From positions 1 through 29,954 of IMG/VR virus record IMGVR_UViG_3300020043_000464: a stretch of 29,954 bases of DNA. The stretch is one strand, 5' to 3'. The position numbers and the translations under genes are program-made. Positions 1 to 8,807 of this stretch are shown here, in pieces (position 1 is the first letter of the stretch; every line of letters starts with the position of its first letter). Under the pieces are notes generated by a model, which worked only from the letters and a program-made list of their open reading frames with translations, was not told the DNA's origin and did no database searches. Origin of the DNA: a virus (lineage: Duplodnaviria; Caudoviricetes).

Positions 1-1
1 G

Positions 2-280
2 GTCGAGATTGAAAAGGTCGCGAATGATTTTGGTGAGCAATTATCTAATTTCAGAGCCAAAATGATTTCAATCCCGAGTAAATGCGCAGCGCAAATATAT
101 ACAGCAGATAATGTTCAGGAAATAAAGTCCATATTAGAGGACGCAATCACAGAGGCATTGAATGAAATTAGAGGAGTCGGTCAGAACAATCCAGAGGGAG
201 AGTTTGCAGAAGGCGATTCAGAAACAGATTTGGAAGCGGCTGAAGCCACCAACGAAACTGACAATCTCGGATTGGGCTGA
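2..280 (+). CDS. terS: Terminase small subunit, C-terminal part (5'-truncated by window edge)
   Basis: Frame is open from base 2 (VEIEKVANDFGEQLSNFRAKMISIPSKCAAQI...). Helical Nu1-like C-terminus, overlapping the start of TerL. Confidence 0.7.
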   Translation, partial: VEIEKVANDFGEQLSNFRAKMISIPSKCAAQIYTADNVQEIKSILEDAITEALNEIRGVGQNNPEGEFAEGDSETDLEAAEATNETDNLGLG

Positions 281-2009
281 CGAATATCGCAAACTGAGTC
301 CTGAGTCCTCGGCTGAGGCTGGAAACTGGAAAACCTCTCGCGCTGAATATCAACGAGGCGTGATGAATGCGCTTTCTGATCCAACAATTGAGACTGTGGT
401 GATGATGTCCTCGGCTCAAGTTGGCAAGACTGAGATTTTGAATAACGCTGTCGGATTCTTTATTTCTCAAGACCCTAGTCCAATGCTGGTGGTTCAACCG
501 ACTTTGGACATGGCTCAGACTTGGAGCAAGGATCGACTCGCACCAATGCTGAGAGACACTCCGATTCTGGCTGGCTTGGTGAAAGACCCGAGATCGAGGG
601 ACTCTGGCAACACGACATTGCACAAAGTCTTTGCTGGTGGCCATGTGACTGCTTGCGGTGCAAACTCTCCATCGAGTCTGGCATCGAGGCCAGTGAGGGT
701 GGTTTTCTGTGACGAGGTTGATCGTTACCCGATATCGGCTGGCTCAGAAGGTGATCCAGTGTCTTTGGCCAAGAAAAGAGCGACAACCTTCTGGAATCGA
801 AAGATTTTGTTGGTTTCCACTCCGACAAATAAAGGCGCGAGTCGGATTGAGGCGGCTTATGAGGAAAGCGATCAGAGAAAGTTTCACATTTGCTGCCCTG
901 ACTGTCAGCATGAGCAAACCTTGAAATGGGGTCAAGTCAAGTGGGAAACTGACAAGCCAGAGACTGCAAAATATGTTTGCGAGGAATGCGGATCACTCTG
1001 GGATGATGCTCAGAGAGCAAAGGCCATCAAGAAAGGTCGCTGGATCGCAAGCAAACCAACAGGCAAGGTGGCTGGCTTTCACTTGTCGGCATTGTATTCA
1101 CCTTGGAGTCCTCTTGGTGATGGGGTTCAGGATTTCCTTGAGGCCAAGAAACAGCCAGCGACACTGCGAGTCTGGGTCAACACTTATTTGGGTGAGACTT
1201 GGGAGGAGGAAGGCGATCAGGTTGACGATTATTCTTTGGCCAACAGAGCCGAGGAATGGGACGCAATTCCAGAGGATGTCTTGCTTTTGACTGCTGGAGT
1301 CGATGTCCAAGACGATCGACTTGAGGCCGAGGTGGTTGGATGGGGTCTTGACGAGGAATCTTGGTCGATTGCTTACAAAACCTTTTATGGCGACCCTTCT
1401 GCACCCCATGTTTGGAAGGATTTAGACGAGTTTTTGAATCAGACTTATGAGCATGAGTCTGGCCAAGACATGATTGTCAGAGCGACTTGCATTGACTCTG
1501 GTGGCCACAATACTCAGGCAGTTTATAAATATGTCCACCCGAGAGAGGGCAAGCGCATATTTGCGATCAAGGGTGTTGGTGGTGAGGGCAAGCCGATTGT
1601 TGGCAAGCCTTCAAAAAACAACATTGGCAAGATCAAACTGTTTCCAGTTGGTGTTGACACTGCCAAACTGCTTTTGTTCTCTCGATTCAAGATTCAGGAT
1701 CATGGCGCTGGCTATTGTCATTTCCCTGTTGGCCGTGAGGATGAGTATTTCAAGCAATTGACTGCTGAGAAAATTGCCACTCGATATCACAAAGGATTTG
1801 CAAGACGCGAGTTTGTAAAGACCAGAACTCGAAACGAGGCGCTCGATGTCAGGGTTTATGCAATGGCTGCACTTTCCCTTTTGAATGTTAATCTGGCATC
1901 ATTGGCAAAAAGGGCAGAATTGCGAAAACAGGCAGTTGAGGAAGTGAAAACGACCAAACAAACCAGTCGAGTGAGGCCGCAATCGTCATTTGTTAACAGT
2001 TGGCGCTAA
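162..2009 (+). CDS. terL: Terminase large subunit, lambda GpA family
   Basis: 615 aa. Walker A SSAQVGKTE, Walker B VVFCDEVD, STPT coupling motif, CPDC/CEEC Zn knuckles, nuclease motifs AGVDVQ and NEALD. Confidence 0.97.
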   Translation: MKLEESVRTIQRESLQKAIQKQIWKRLKPPTKLTISDWADEYRKLSPESSAEAGNWKTSRAEYQRGVMNALSDPTIETVVMMSSAQVGKTEILNNAVGFFISQDPSPMLVVQPTLDMAQTWSKDRLAPMLRDTPILAGLVKDPRSRDSGNTTLHKVFAGGHVTACGANSPSSLASRPVRVVFCDEVDRYPISAGSEGDPVSLAKKRATTFWNRKILLVSTPTNKGASRIEAAYEESDQRKFHICCPDCQHEQTLKWGQVKWETDKPETAKYVCEECGSLWDDAQRAKAIKKGRWIASKPTGKVAGFHLSALYSPWSPLGDGVQDFLEAKKQPATLRVWVNTYLGETWEEEGDQVDDYSLANRAEEWDAIPEDVLLLTAGVDVQDDRLEAEVVGWGLDEESWSIAYKTFYGDPSAPHVWKDLDEFLNQTYEHESGQDMIVRATCIDSGGHNTQAVYKYVHPREGKRIFAIKGVGGEGKPIVGKPSKNNIGKIKLFPVGVDTAKLLLFSRFKIQDHGAGYCHFPVGREDEYFKQLTAEKIATRYHKGFARREFVKTRTRNEALDVRVYAMAALSLLNVNLASLAKRAELRKQAVEEVKTTKQTSRVRPQSSFVNSWR

Positions 2010-2045
2010 AATGCGCTATATTCCGCAAAACTAAGGGGGGGGTTA

Positions 2046-2633
2046 ATGCCTAACCTTTTCGACTCAAGCAATGCTCCAACGACTGAGCCTGAAAACATTG
2101 TGATTGGTAGTTTTTTCCAATGGAAACGCACCGATCTAGGGGCTGACTACCCTCCATCACTCTACACTCTCAAATATACAGCCCGAATTCAGGGCGGTGG
2201 CAATGAAGAAATCAACATCACTGCAACAGCCAGTGGAAATGATTTTCTGGCCACAATCAACAATGCAACCAGCGCGGCTTTCATCAAAGGAAGTTATGTC
2301 TGGCAAGCTGACATCGAGCGAAATTCTGATTCTGCTCGGGTCACTGTTGACAAAGGATATTGGGAAATTGTCGCTGACTTGAATTTGACTTCTGCTGATC
2401 TGAGAACTCATGCTCAGATAATGATTGGAAAGATCGAAAGCATTTTGTCTGGTCGCGCTGATTCTGATGTTTCAAGTTATTCAATTGCTGGTCGCAGTCT
2501 TTCCAAGATGTCATTCAGAGAATTGACAGACGCTCGGGATTATTACAAGCGTGAGCGTCAAAAAGAATTGATTGCTGAGAATATTGCAAAAGGCAAACCG
2601 ACTGGTTCAACAATTCAAGTGAGGTTCGGATAA
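2046..2633 (+). CDS. Head-tail adaptor, gpW-like C-terminal domain plus an extra N-terminal beta-rich domain
   Basis: Sits between TerL and portal, like lambda W. C-terminus VSSYSIAGRSLSKMSFRELTDARDYYKRE...IQVRFG resembles gpW. Stop overlaps the portal ATG. Confidence 0.7.
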   Translation: MPNLFDSSNAPTTEPENIVIGSFFQWKRTDLGADYPPSLYTLKYTARIQGGGNEEINITATASGNDFLATINNATSAAFIKGSYVWQADIERNSDSARVTVDKGYWEIVADLNLTSADLRTHAQIMIGKIESILSGRADSDVSSYSIAGRSLSKMSFRELTDARDYYKRERQKELIAENIAKGKPTGSTIQVRFG

Positions 2634-4090
2634 TGGGAATTTTGGACATTTTTTCCAGAAAGAAACCTCTGAAAAAGCGCAGTTATGCTGGTGCGAATGT
2701 TGGACGCTTATTCAGTGACTTTATTTCATCCTCCAAGTCTGCTGATGAGGAGATCAGACCAGCACTGAGAATCTTGCGTGATCGCTCTCGAGATTTAACT
2801 CGAAACAATGAGTATGCCAAGCGATTCGTCAATCTGGCCAAGATCAATGTTGTTGGTGATCGAGGCGTGACTGTCCAAGTCAAAGCCAGAAACGACAATG
2901 GCTCGATGGACAACATTGGCAACGATCAGATCGAGACTGCATTTGCTCAGTGGTCACGATTAGGTGTCTGCACTGTTGATGGCAAATATTCATGGGTCGA
3001 TGCTCAGAGATTTTTTGTTGAGTCTCTGGTGCGTGATGGCGAGGTTTTGTGTCGCAAGGTTCGTTATCCAAACAAGTTTGATTTTGCGCTTGAGTTTCTT
3101 GAGCCAGACTATTTGGATGAGAATTTCAACGACAACCTCGCAAACGGCAACACAATCAGAATGTCGGTCGAATTAGACCCATTCGGTCGGCCAGTTGCTT
3201 ATCACTTGCTGACAAAACATCCTTTTGATGCTTACTCTCAAGCGATTGCTCAACCTCGAGTTCGAGTTCCTGCTGACAGGATCATTCATTGCTTTATTGG
3301 TGAGCGTGCGCAGCAAACTCGCGGTGTTCCTTGGATGTCTCCAGCAATTACCAGTTTGAAAATGCTTCATGGATATCGAGAGGCAGAATTGGTGGCGGCT
3401 CGGGTTGGCGCTTGCAAGATGGGCTTTTTCACCTCTCCTCAAGGTGATGGCTTTACTGCTGACGATACAGTTGACAACATTCCAATCATGCAAGCTGACG
3501 CTGGAACTTTCCACCAGTTGCCAGAAGGCGTGAGTTTCCAACAGTTCGATCCAACACATCCAACAGGCGCTTTCGCTGATTTTGAGAAAGCTGTTTTGCG
3601 CGGTATCGCTTCAGGTCTGGGTGTTTCTTACACTTCACTGGCCAACGATCTTGAGGGTGTGTCTTATTCATCAATTCGTCAAGGCACTCTTGAGGATCGT
3701 GACCAGTGGAAAATGGTTCAGGACATTCTCATTCAGCACTTTGTCGAGCCAGTTTATCGAGAGTTTTTGCTTTCGATCATGCGCAATGGTGTCATCAATA
3801 TCCCTGAAAGTCGCTTTGACAAGTTTGCTGATGCGGCAATTTTCAGGGCGCGAGGCTTCCAGTGGGTTGATCCATTGAAAGAAATGAATGCGGCTGTGAT
3901 CGGCATGAAAAACGGCATTTTGTCGATGCAAGATGTTGCAAACCAATATGGCCGCGATGTTGAGGAAACATTCTCAGCAATTAGCAGTGAGAAAGAATTG
4001 GCCAGCGCTTATGGTCTAAAGATGGCCTTTGAGCCATTTGGTGACAAACTTCCAACAGTTGCTGAGGTAAGCGATGCCAGTGCCGAATGA
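2633..4090 (+). CDS. Portal protein, lambda family
   Basis: 485 aa. Motifs LRDRSRDLTRNN, QTRGVPW, GLGVSYTSLANDLEGVSYSSIRQG, WVDPLKE. Confidence 0.96.
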   Translation: MGILDIFSRKKPLKKRSYAGANVGRLFSDFISSSKSADEEIRPALRILRDRSRDLTRNNEYAKRFVNLAKINVVGDRGVTVQVKARNDNGSMDNIGNDQIETAFAQWSRLGVCTVDGKYSWVDAQRFFVESLVRDGEVLCRKVRYPNKFDFALEFLEPDYLDENFNDNLANGNTIRMSVELDPFGRPVAYHLLTKHPFDAYSQAIAQPRVRVPADRIIHCFIGERAQQTRGVPWMSPAITSLKMLHGYREAELVAARVGACKMGFFTSPQGDGFTADDTVDNIPIMQADAGTFHQLPEGVSFQQFDPTHPTGAFADFEKAVLRGIASGLGVSYTSLANDLEGVSYSSIRQGTLEDRDQWKMVQDILIQHFVEPVYREFLLSIMRNGVINIPESRFDKFADAAIFRARGFQWVDPLKEMNAAVIGMKNGILSMQDVANQYGRDVEETFSAISSEKELASAYGLKMAFEPFGDKLPTVAEVSDASAE

Positions 4091-6521
4091 AGCCATGAAA
4101 GAGGAAGCCCAAAGAGGGCTTGACTGGCGATCAGAATTCGGTCGCGGTGGCACTGAGGTCGGCATTGCCAGAGCCAGAGACATTGTGAATGGCGCTGATT
4201 TGTCTGACGATACAGTTGGAAGAATGGTCAGCTACTTTGCAAGACATGAAGTTGACAAAGAGGCTGAAGGCTTTAGAGTTGGTGAGGAAGGCTATCCATC
4301 CAACGGCAGGATTGCATGGGCTTTATGGGGTGGCGATGCTGGCAAGTCTTGGTCTGAGCGAGAATATGAAAAGATCAAAAATGATCGTTCATTAGAGGAC
4401 GCTCGACCTTTTCCAAATGAACACGCTGCAAGGCTGAAAGACCCTGAACAATATGACTCATTTGCGCGAAAAAATAATGAAGGCGGTGAAGGAATCGACT
4501 TTATTTATGGGATTAAAGATGGCAAGTCAGAATTGCAAGCAATTCGTTTTGACAAAACTCGCTTCACTACTCAAGAAGCAAAAGCGTGGTTAAAATCACA
4601 TGACTTTGAGCCGATACTGTTTGAAGAAGCATCCGAAAGGAAAATTATGAGCGATGAAGAAAGAGCAATGGTCAGTGTTTCAATTCATGTTGACACTGAG
4701 GATGTTGCTGAAATTATCGAGGCACAAACTGAGCAAATGGCCACTGCTGCACAAATTGACTTAGAGTCAAGCGCACAAACACAGGACGCACCAGTTGAGC
4801 AACCAGTTGAAATGGCCGTTGATGTTACTGACGATCGCAAGGCTGGTGAGCGTATGACTCGCGCTGACGCAATGGAAGCTCGAGTGGAGAGTGTTGACGA
4901 TCGCAGGGTGTCGATGTCAATCTCCTCTGAAATGCCAGTTGGTCGCTCTTATGGTGAGGAAGTCCTAGACCACAATCCACAATCTATTGACTTGAGTTTT
5001 TTAAACTCTGGTCGCGCACCATTGCTCTTGGATCACGATCCAGAGCGTCAAATTGGTGTAATCGAATCTGTAAGTCTCGATGGCTCGGCACGCAAGTTGC
5101 GTGCGACAGTGCGTTTCGGTAAGAGCGCACTGGCTTCAGAGGTTTACGGAGATGTCGCGGATTTGATTCGCGGTAATGTTTCCATTGGTTACTCAATTGC
5201 CAAAATGGTGAAAGAGAATGATGGCAAAACTTATCGCGCAACAAATTGGCGACCTGTTGAGGTGTCTATTGTTTCAATTCCTGCCGATGTGTCAGTTGGC
5301 GTGGGTCGAAGCATGGAAACTGAAACAACCTCTGAAGCTGTGGTGGAAACATCACAAATTACCGAAACTTTGGTGGAAGCGCAAACTCAAGTCGCTGAAG
5401 CCGATACCCGAAAGGAAATCAAAATGGAAAATTCCGCAACTGTTGCGACTGAAAGTCGCGCTTATGACGCTCCTATCCAAGCCGAAGTCGGTTTGACCCA
5501 GAAGGAAGTTCGTCAATTCTCATTCGTCAAGGCAATCAACGCTTTGGCAAATCCTCAAGACAAGCGTGCATGGGCTGACGCTGCTTTCGAGCGTGAAGTC
5601 TCAGAAGCTGCTCAAAAGACTTATGGCCGTTCTGCTCAAGGCATTTATGTGCCAAATGAGATCGTCAAAGCAAAGCGTGACTTGAATGTTGGTACATCAA
5701 CTGCTGGCGGCAACTTAGTTGCAACCGACTTGTTGGCTTCATCATTCATTGAAATGCTGCGCAATCGTTCAGTTGTTCAGCGTGCTGGCGCGACTGTGAT
5801 GAATGGTCTGGTTGGCAATGTGGCAATTCCTAAGCAATCTGGCGCTGCCACTGCTTACTGGGTCGCTGAGTCTGGCGCTCCTACTGAGAGCCAACAAACT
5901 CTGGCTCAAGTCACAATGTCTCCCAAGACTGTCGGTGCTTACACTGACTTCTCACGCAAGTTGATGCTCCAGTCCTCAATCGATGTTGAGACAATGGTTC
6001 GTCGTGACTTGGCCACTGTGATCGCTTTGGCTATTGACACTGCTTCATTGTATGGCACTGGTTCAAACAACCAGCCAACAGGCATCAAGAATGTCTCTGG
6101 CGTGAACACCAAAGACTTTGCTGCAACAACCCCAACTTTCGCTGAGTTGGTTGGCATGGAGTCTGAGTTGGCCACTGACAACGCTGACATTGGCGCGATG
6201 ACTTATTTGTTCAATCCTGCCCAGCGCGGTGCATTGAAAACAACTGAGAAGTCCTCCACTTCTGCTGGTCAGTTCGTTTGGGAAGCTGGCAACACTGTCA
6301 ATGGCTATCGCACCGAAGTCTCTAATCAAGTGACTGCTGGCGATGTGTTCTTTGGCAACTTTGCTGACTTGATGATTGGCTTCTGGTCTGGTTTGGACTT
6401 GACAGTTGATCCTTACAGCAACAGCACAAGCGGCACAATGCGAGTTGTTGCTTTGCAAGATGTGGACATTGCAGTTCGCAATGCTGTCTCATTCTGCTAT
6501 GGTGACGCTGACATCGCTTAA
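4074..6521 (+). CDS. Fusion ORF: two unknown N-terminal domains + HK97-type prohead protease + major capsid protein
   Basis: Protease motifs APLLLDHD, NVSIGY, EVSIVSIPAD. Capsid motifs GGNLVATD, AYWVAESG, LSPKTVG-like MSPKTVGAY, FFGNFADL. No internal stop in 815 codons. Confidence 0.93.
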   Translation: MPVPNEAMKEEAQRGLDWRSEFGRGGTEVGIARARDIVNGADLSDDTVGRMVSYFARHEVDKEAEGFRVGEEGYPSNGRIAWALWGGDAGKSWSEREYEKIKNDRSLEDARPFPNEHAARLKDPEQYDSFARKNNEGGEGIDFIYGIKDGKSELQAIRFDKTRFTTQEAKAWLKSHDFEPILFEEASERKIMSDEERAMVSVSIHVDTEDVAEIIEAQTEQMATAAQIDLESSAQTQDAPVEQPVEMAVDVTDDRKAGERMTRADAMEARVESVDDRRVSMSISSEMPVGRSYGEEVLDHNPQSIDLSFLNSGRAPLLLDHDPERQIGVIESVSLDGSARKLRATVRFGKSALASEVYGDVADLIRGNVSIGYSIAKMVKENDGKTYRATNWRPVEVSIVSIPADVSVGVGRSMETETTSEAVVETSQITETLVEAQTQVAEADTRKEIKMENSATVATESRAYDAPIQAEVGLTQKEVRQFSFVKAINALANPQDKRAWADAAFEREVSEAAQKTYGRSAQGIYVPNEIVKAKRDLNVGTSTAGGNLVATDLLASSFIEMLRNRSVVQRAGATVMNGLVGNVAIPKQSGAATAYWVAESGAPTESQQTLAQVTMSPKTVGAYTDFSRKLMLQSSIDVETMVRRDLATVIALAIDTASLYGTGSNNQPTGIKNVSGVNTKDFAATTPTFAELVGMESELATDNADIGAMTYLFNPAQRGALKTTEKSSTSAGQFVWEAGNTVNGYRTEVSNQVTAGDVFFGNFADLMIGFWSGLDLTVDPYSNSTSGTMRVVALQDVDIAVRNAVSFCYGDADIA
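5424..6521 (+). CDS. Major capsid protein from a probable internal start (365 aa)
   Basis: In-frame ATG at 5424 preceded by CGAAAGGAAATCAAA, the same AAGGA-type RBS seen before 15956 and 16398. Confidence 0.6.
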   Translation: MENSATVATESRAYDAPIQAEVGLTQKEVRQFSFVKAINALANPQDKRAWADAAFEREVSEAAQKTYGRSAQGIYVPNEIVKAKRDLNVGTSTAGGNLVATDLLASSFIEMLRNRSVVQRAGATVMNGLVGNVAIPKQSGAATAYWVAESGAPTESQQTLAQVTMSPKTVGAYTDFSRKLMLQSSIDVETMVRRDLATVIALAIDTASLYGTGSNNQPTGIKNVSGVNTKDFAATTPTFAELVGMESELATDNADIGAMTYLFNPAQRGALKTTEKSSTSAGQFVWEAGNTVNGYRTEVSNQVTAGDVFFGNFADLMIGFWSGLDLTVDPYSNSTSGTMRVVALQDVDIAVRNAVSFCYGDADIA

Positions 6522-6528
6522 TTGACTA

Positions 6529-6559
6529 GGGAGGGCTAAAAACCCTCCCATCCTTTTTT
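6529..6559 (+). terminator. Intrinsic terminator after the capsid gene
   Basis: GGGAGGG-CTAAAAA-CCCTCCC stem followed by ATCC and T6. Confidence 0.7.
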
Positions 6560-6570
6560 GGAGATTTATC

Positions 6571-6942
6571 ATGGTTAATTTTGGCGATCAAGCACAAGTT
6601 GTCGCGCTGATTCCATCAAACACAATCACGACCACCACCACTGGTTCTGCTGTTGATCTCGGTCAATATGCTGACGAAGTTGCGGTGATTTTGAATTGTT
6701 CGGCTGGTGGTGCTGGCGCGACTTGCAATGTGAAGTTGACTCACAGCGACACTTCTGGCGGTACTTATACCGACATTTCTGGTGCTGCTTTCACTGAAGT
6801 CGGCAACACAGCAAGCGTTCAAAAATTGAGCGTTAACTCAAACGAAATCAAGCGTTATGTCAAAGCGGTTTGTACTGTTGCTGGCACAGCGTCTTATAAG
6901 ATTGGTGTTGAGTTGGTTGGTGTTTATCAGTATATTGATTAA
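6571..6942 (+). CDS. Probable capsid decoration/cement protein
   Basis: 123 aa, beta-rich, directly after the capsid gene. GGAG RBS upstream. Function inferred from position and composition. Confidence 0.55.
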   Translation: MVNFGDQAQVVALIPSNTITTTTTGSAVDLGQYADEVAVILNCSAGGAGATCNVKLTHSDTSGGTYTDISGAAFTEVGNTASVQKLSVNSNEIKRYVKAVCTVAGTASYKIGVELVGVYQYID

Positions 6943-6943
6943 C

Positions 6944-7162
6944 ATGAACTTAAAATTCATCCGAAACACGATGACAAGCCAAGGCAAAGCCCGAATGGGC
7001 GATGTCTTGGATTTGCCTGATTCAGAAGCAAAGAGTCTTATTCAATTGGAAAGATGCGTTTTGCATACTTTTGAAACTCCATTGGTGAATAAGAGTCTTG
7101 GTTTAGAAACATCCGATGCGACACCTATTGTCAAGCGTGGAAGGCCAAAAAAGAATGTATGA
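6944..7162 (+). CDS. Small head-associated protein (72 aa, ends KRGRPKKNV)
   Basis: Start moved to ATG 6944, 1 nt after the previous stop. GDVLDLPDSEAKSLI plus a basic tail is typical of small genes at the FI-like position. Confidence 0.6.
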   Translation: MNLKFIRNTMTSQGKARMGDVLDLPDSEAKSLIQLERCVLHTFETPLVNKSLGLETSDATPIVKRGRPKKNV

Positions 7163-7457
7163 GTCTGCTGCTGATCGCTTGATGTATTTGAAGGACTTTG
7201 GGATTGATGTGAAATACACAATCCAAAATGGAGTCCCAAAGACAATTCGAGGAATCTTTGACAACCAGTTCATCGATGTTCAGGCTGGTGGCGATGTCGG
7301 CTTTGCTGTTCAGCAACCAAGACTCATGGTTCGCACCTCGGATGTGGCCTCATGCACTGAGGGCGATGCCTTCCAGATTGCCAAAGTCAACTATCTTTCC
7401 AGAATTGTTCAGGATGATGGGACTGGCATGACAATGATAGTTTTGGAGAAACAATGA
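7155..7457 (+). CDS. Head-tail joining protein (gpFII-like)
   Basis: MYESAADR start overlaps the upstream stop. Motifs IRGIFDN and DDGTGMTMIVL. Confidence 0.75.
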   Translation: MYESAADRLMYLKDFGIDVKYTIQNGVPKTIRGIFDNQFIDVQAGGDVGFAVQQPRLMVRTSDVASCTEGDAFQIAKVNYLSRIVQDDGTGMTMIVLEKQ

Positions 7458-7897
7458 GCCATGTGAGACAACAGATCAGGGATGCGGTGGTGACTGCTTT
7501 GACTGGTCTGACAACGACTGGCTCTCGGGTCTATAAGTCTCGGGTTTATCCATTCGAGTCTGGCAAACTGCCAGCGCTGATTGTTTACACAAAGTCAGAG
7601 ACATCGACAAATGAAACAATGACCAAACCCAGAACTCAGTTGAGAGTTTTGGAGGTTATGGTTGAGTGTTATGTCATGGCAAACACTAATTTTGACAATA
7701 CGATTGACACCATTGCAGTTGAGGTGGAAGAAGCACTTTATGCAAACATCACGCTTGGTGGCAAAGCAAAGGACATCAACACTGTGGCTTTTGAATCTGA
7801 TTATTCAGGGGATGGAGAGCAAGTTGTCGGTGTTGGGCGTTTCACTGTTGAGGTAACTTACTCAACAAAGGAAAATGATCTTGAATCTGCTGCTTAA
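7454..7897 (+). CDS. Tail terminator (gpU-like)
   Basis: 147 aa, starts HVRQQIRDAVV, contains LPALIVY. Immediately before the tail tube gene, ATGA overlap. Confidence 0.72.
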   Translation: MSHVRQQIRDAVVTALTGLTTTGSRVYKSRVYPFESGKLPALIVYTKSETSTNETMTKPRTQLRVLEVMVECYVMANTNFDNTIDTIAVEVEEALYANITLGGKAKDINTVAFESDYSGDGEQVVGVGRFTVEVTYSTKENDLESAA

Positions 7898-7908
7898 TGT
7901 GGCAAAAT
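7881..7908 (+). promoter_or_regulatory. Possible sigma70-type promoter for the tail tube gene
   Basis: TTGAAT-N16-CAAAAT with a TG extension, ahead of one of the few intergenic gaps in the late region. Confidence 0.3.
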
Positions 7909-7933
7909 TGTAAAACTTGAAAGGGGCTTAATT

Positions 7934-8323
7934 ATGGCTACTCATACTGGTTCAGAAGGTACACTCAAAGTCGGCACTGACACGATTGGCGAGATTCGCA
8001 GTTTCTCGATTTCCGAGTCTGCTGATACTCTTGAGGACACATCAATGGGCGATGCTTCTCGCACCTATAAGGCATCACTCAAGACCTTCACTGCGTCTGT
8101 TGATGTTTTTTGGGACGAGGCTGATGCTGGCCAGACTGCAATGGCAGTCGGTTCAACTGTGACTTTCTCGGCTTATCCAGAAGGCGCGACAACTGGTGAC
8201 AAGTATTACACTGGTTCAGCAATCGTGACTGGTCTGACTGTGAATTCATCTTTTGATGGCATGGTCGAGGCTTCCATCACATTGCAAGGCACTGGTGCTT
8301 TGAGTCTTAGCACTGCAAGCTGA
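7934..8323 (+). CDS. Major tail tube protein
   Basis: 129 aa, IGEIRSFSISE...DGMVEASITLQGTG. Lies before the chaperone and tape measure genes. Confidence 0.85.
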   Translation: MATHTGSEGTLKVGTDTIGEIRSFSISESADTLEDTSMGDASRTYKASLKTFTASVDVFWDEADAGQTAMAVGSTVTFSAYPEGATTGDKYYTGSAIVTGLTVNSSFDGMVEASITLQGTGALSLSTAS

Positions 8324-8661
8324 TGAGTGCAATTGATCGAGCAAAAGCCCATTTCAAGTCACTTCAAGTCAAGACGATTGAAGTGCCTGAGTGGGGCGAT
8401 GAGAATGGCCCTCTGATTGTTTATGTTGAGCCTTTCACACTGAAAGACAAATCTAAACTTCAAGCGGTCACTCGATTGGGAAACTCTGAAGCCGACACTC
8501 TTGTTGAGTTGTTGGTTATGAAGTGCCTCGATAAAGATGGGGGAAAGATTTTCACCATCGAGGACAAACCAGTTTTGCGAAACATGGTCGATGCCTCAAT
8601 TTTGGAAAGAGTTTCAACAGAAATCATGCGAGTTGATTTCAAGGAACTCGAAAAAAACTAA
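8323..8661 (+). CDS. Tail assembly chaperone (gpG-like)
   Basis: IEVPEWG motif. Ends at the slippery sequence GAA AAA AAC TAA. Confidence 0.85.
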   Translation: MSAIDRAKAHFKSLQVKTIEVPEWGDENGPLIVYVEPFTLKDKSKLQAVTRLGNSEADTLVELLVMKCLDKDGGKIFTIEDKPVLRNMVDASILERVSTEIMRVDFKELEKN

Positions 8662-8807
8662 GGGAGACTCCTGAACGACAATTCCTTTTTTATCTCGCTG
8701 AAAAGTTGCACAAAACAATTGGTGAGATCGAGGAAATGCCAGTTGAGGAGTTCCTAGAATGGCAAGTTTGGATTAAGTTTCAGTCGGAGAGAAGCAATGG
8801 CCAGTAA
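8652..8807 (+). CDS. gpT-like extension reached by -1 frameshift (G-T product about 161 aa)
   Basis: Heptamer A AAA AAC at 8652-8658. The -1 frame reads LRETPERQFLFYLAEKLHKTIGEIEEMPVEEFLEWQVWIKFQSERSNGQ to TAA 8807, overlapping the tape measure start. Confidence 0.85.
   Translation, partial: KKLRETPERQFLFYLAEKLHKTIGEIEEMPVEEFLEWQVWIKFQSERSNGQ

Noticed and set aside
7155-7897. Missing gpZ-like tail completion gene as a defect
   Set aside because: The neighbouring genes are coupled with no remnant between them. The function may lie outside the window or be dispensable.
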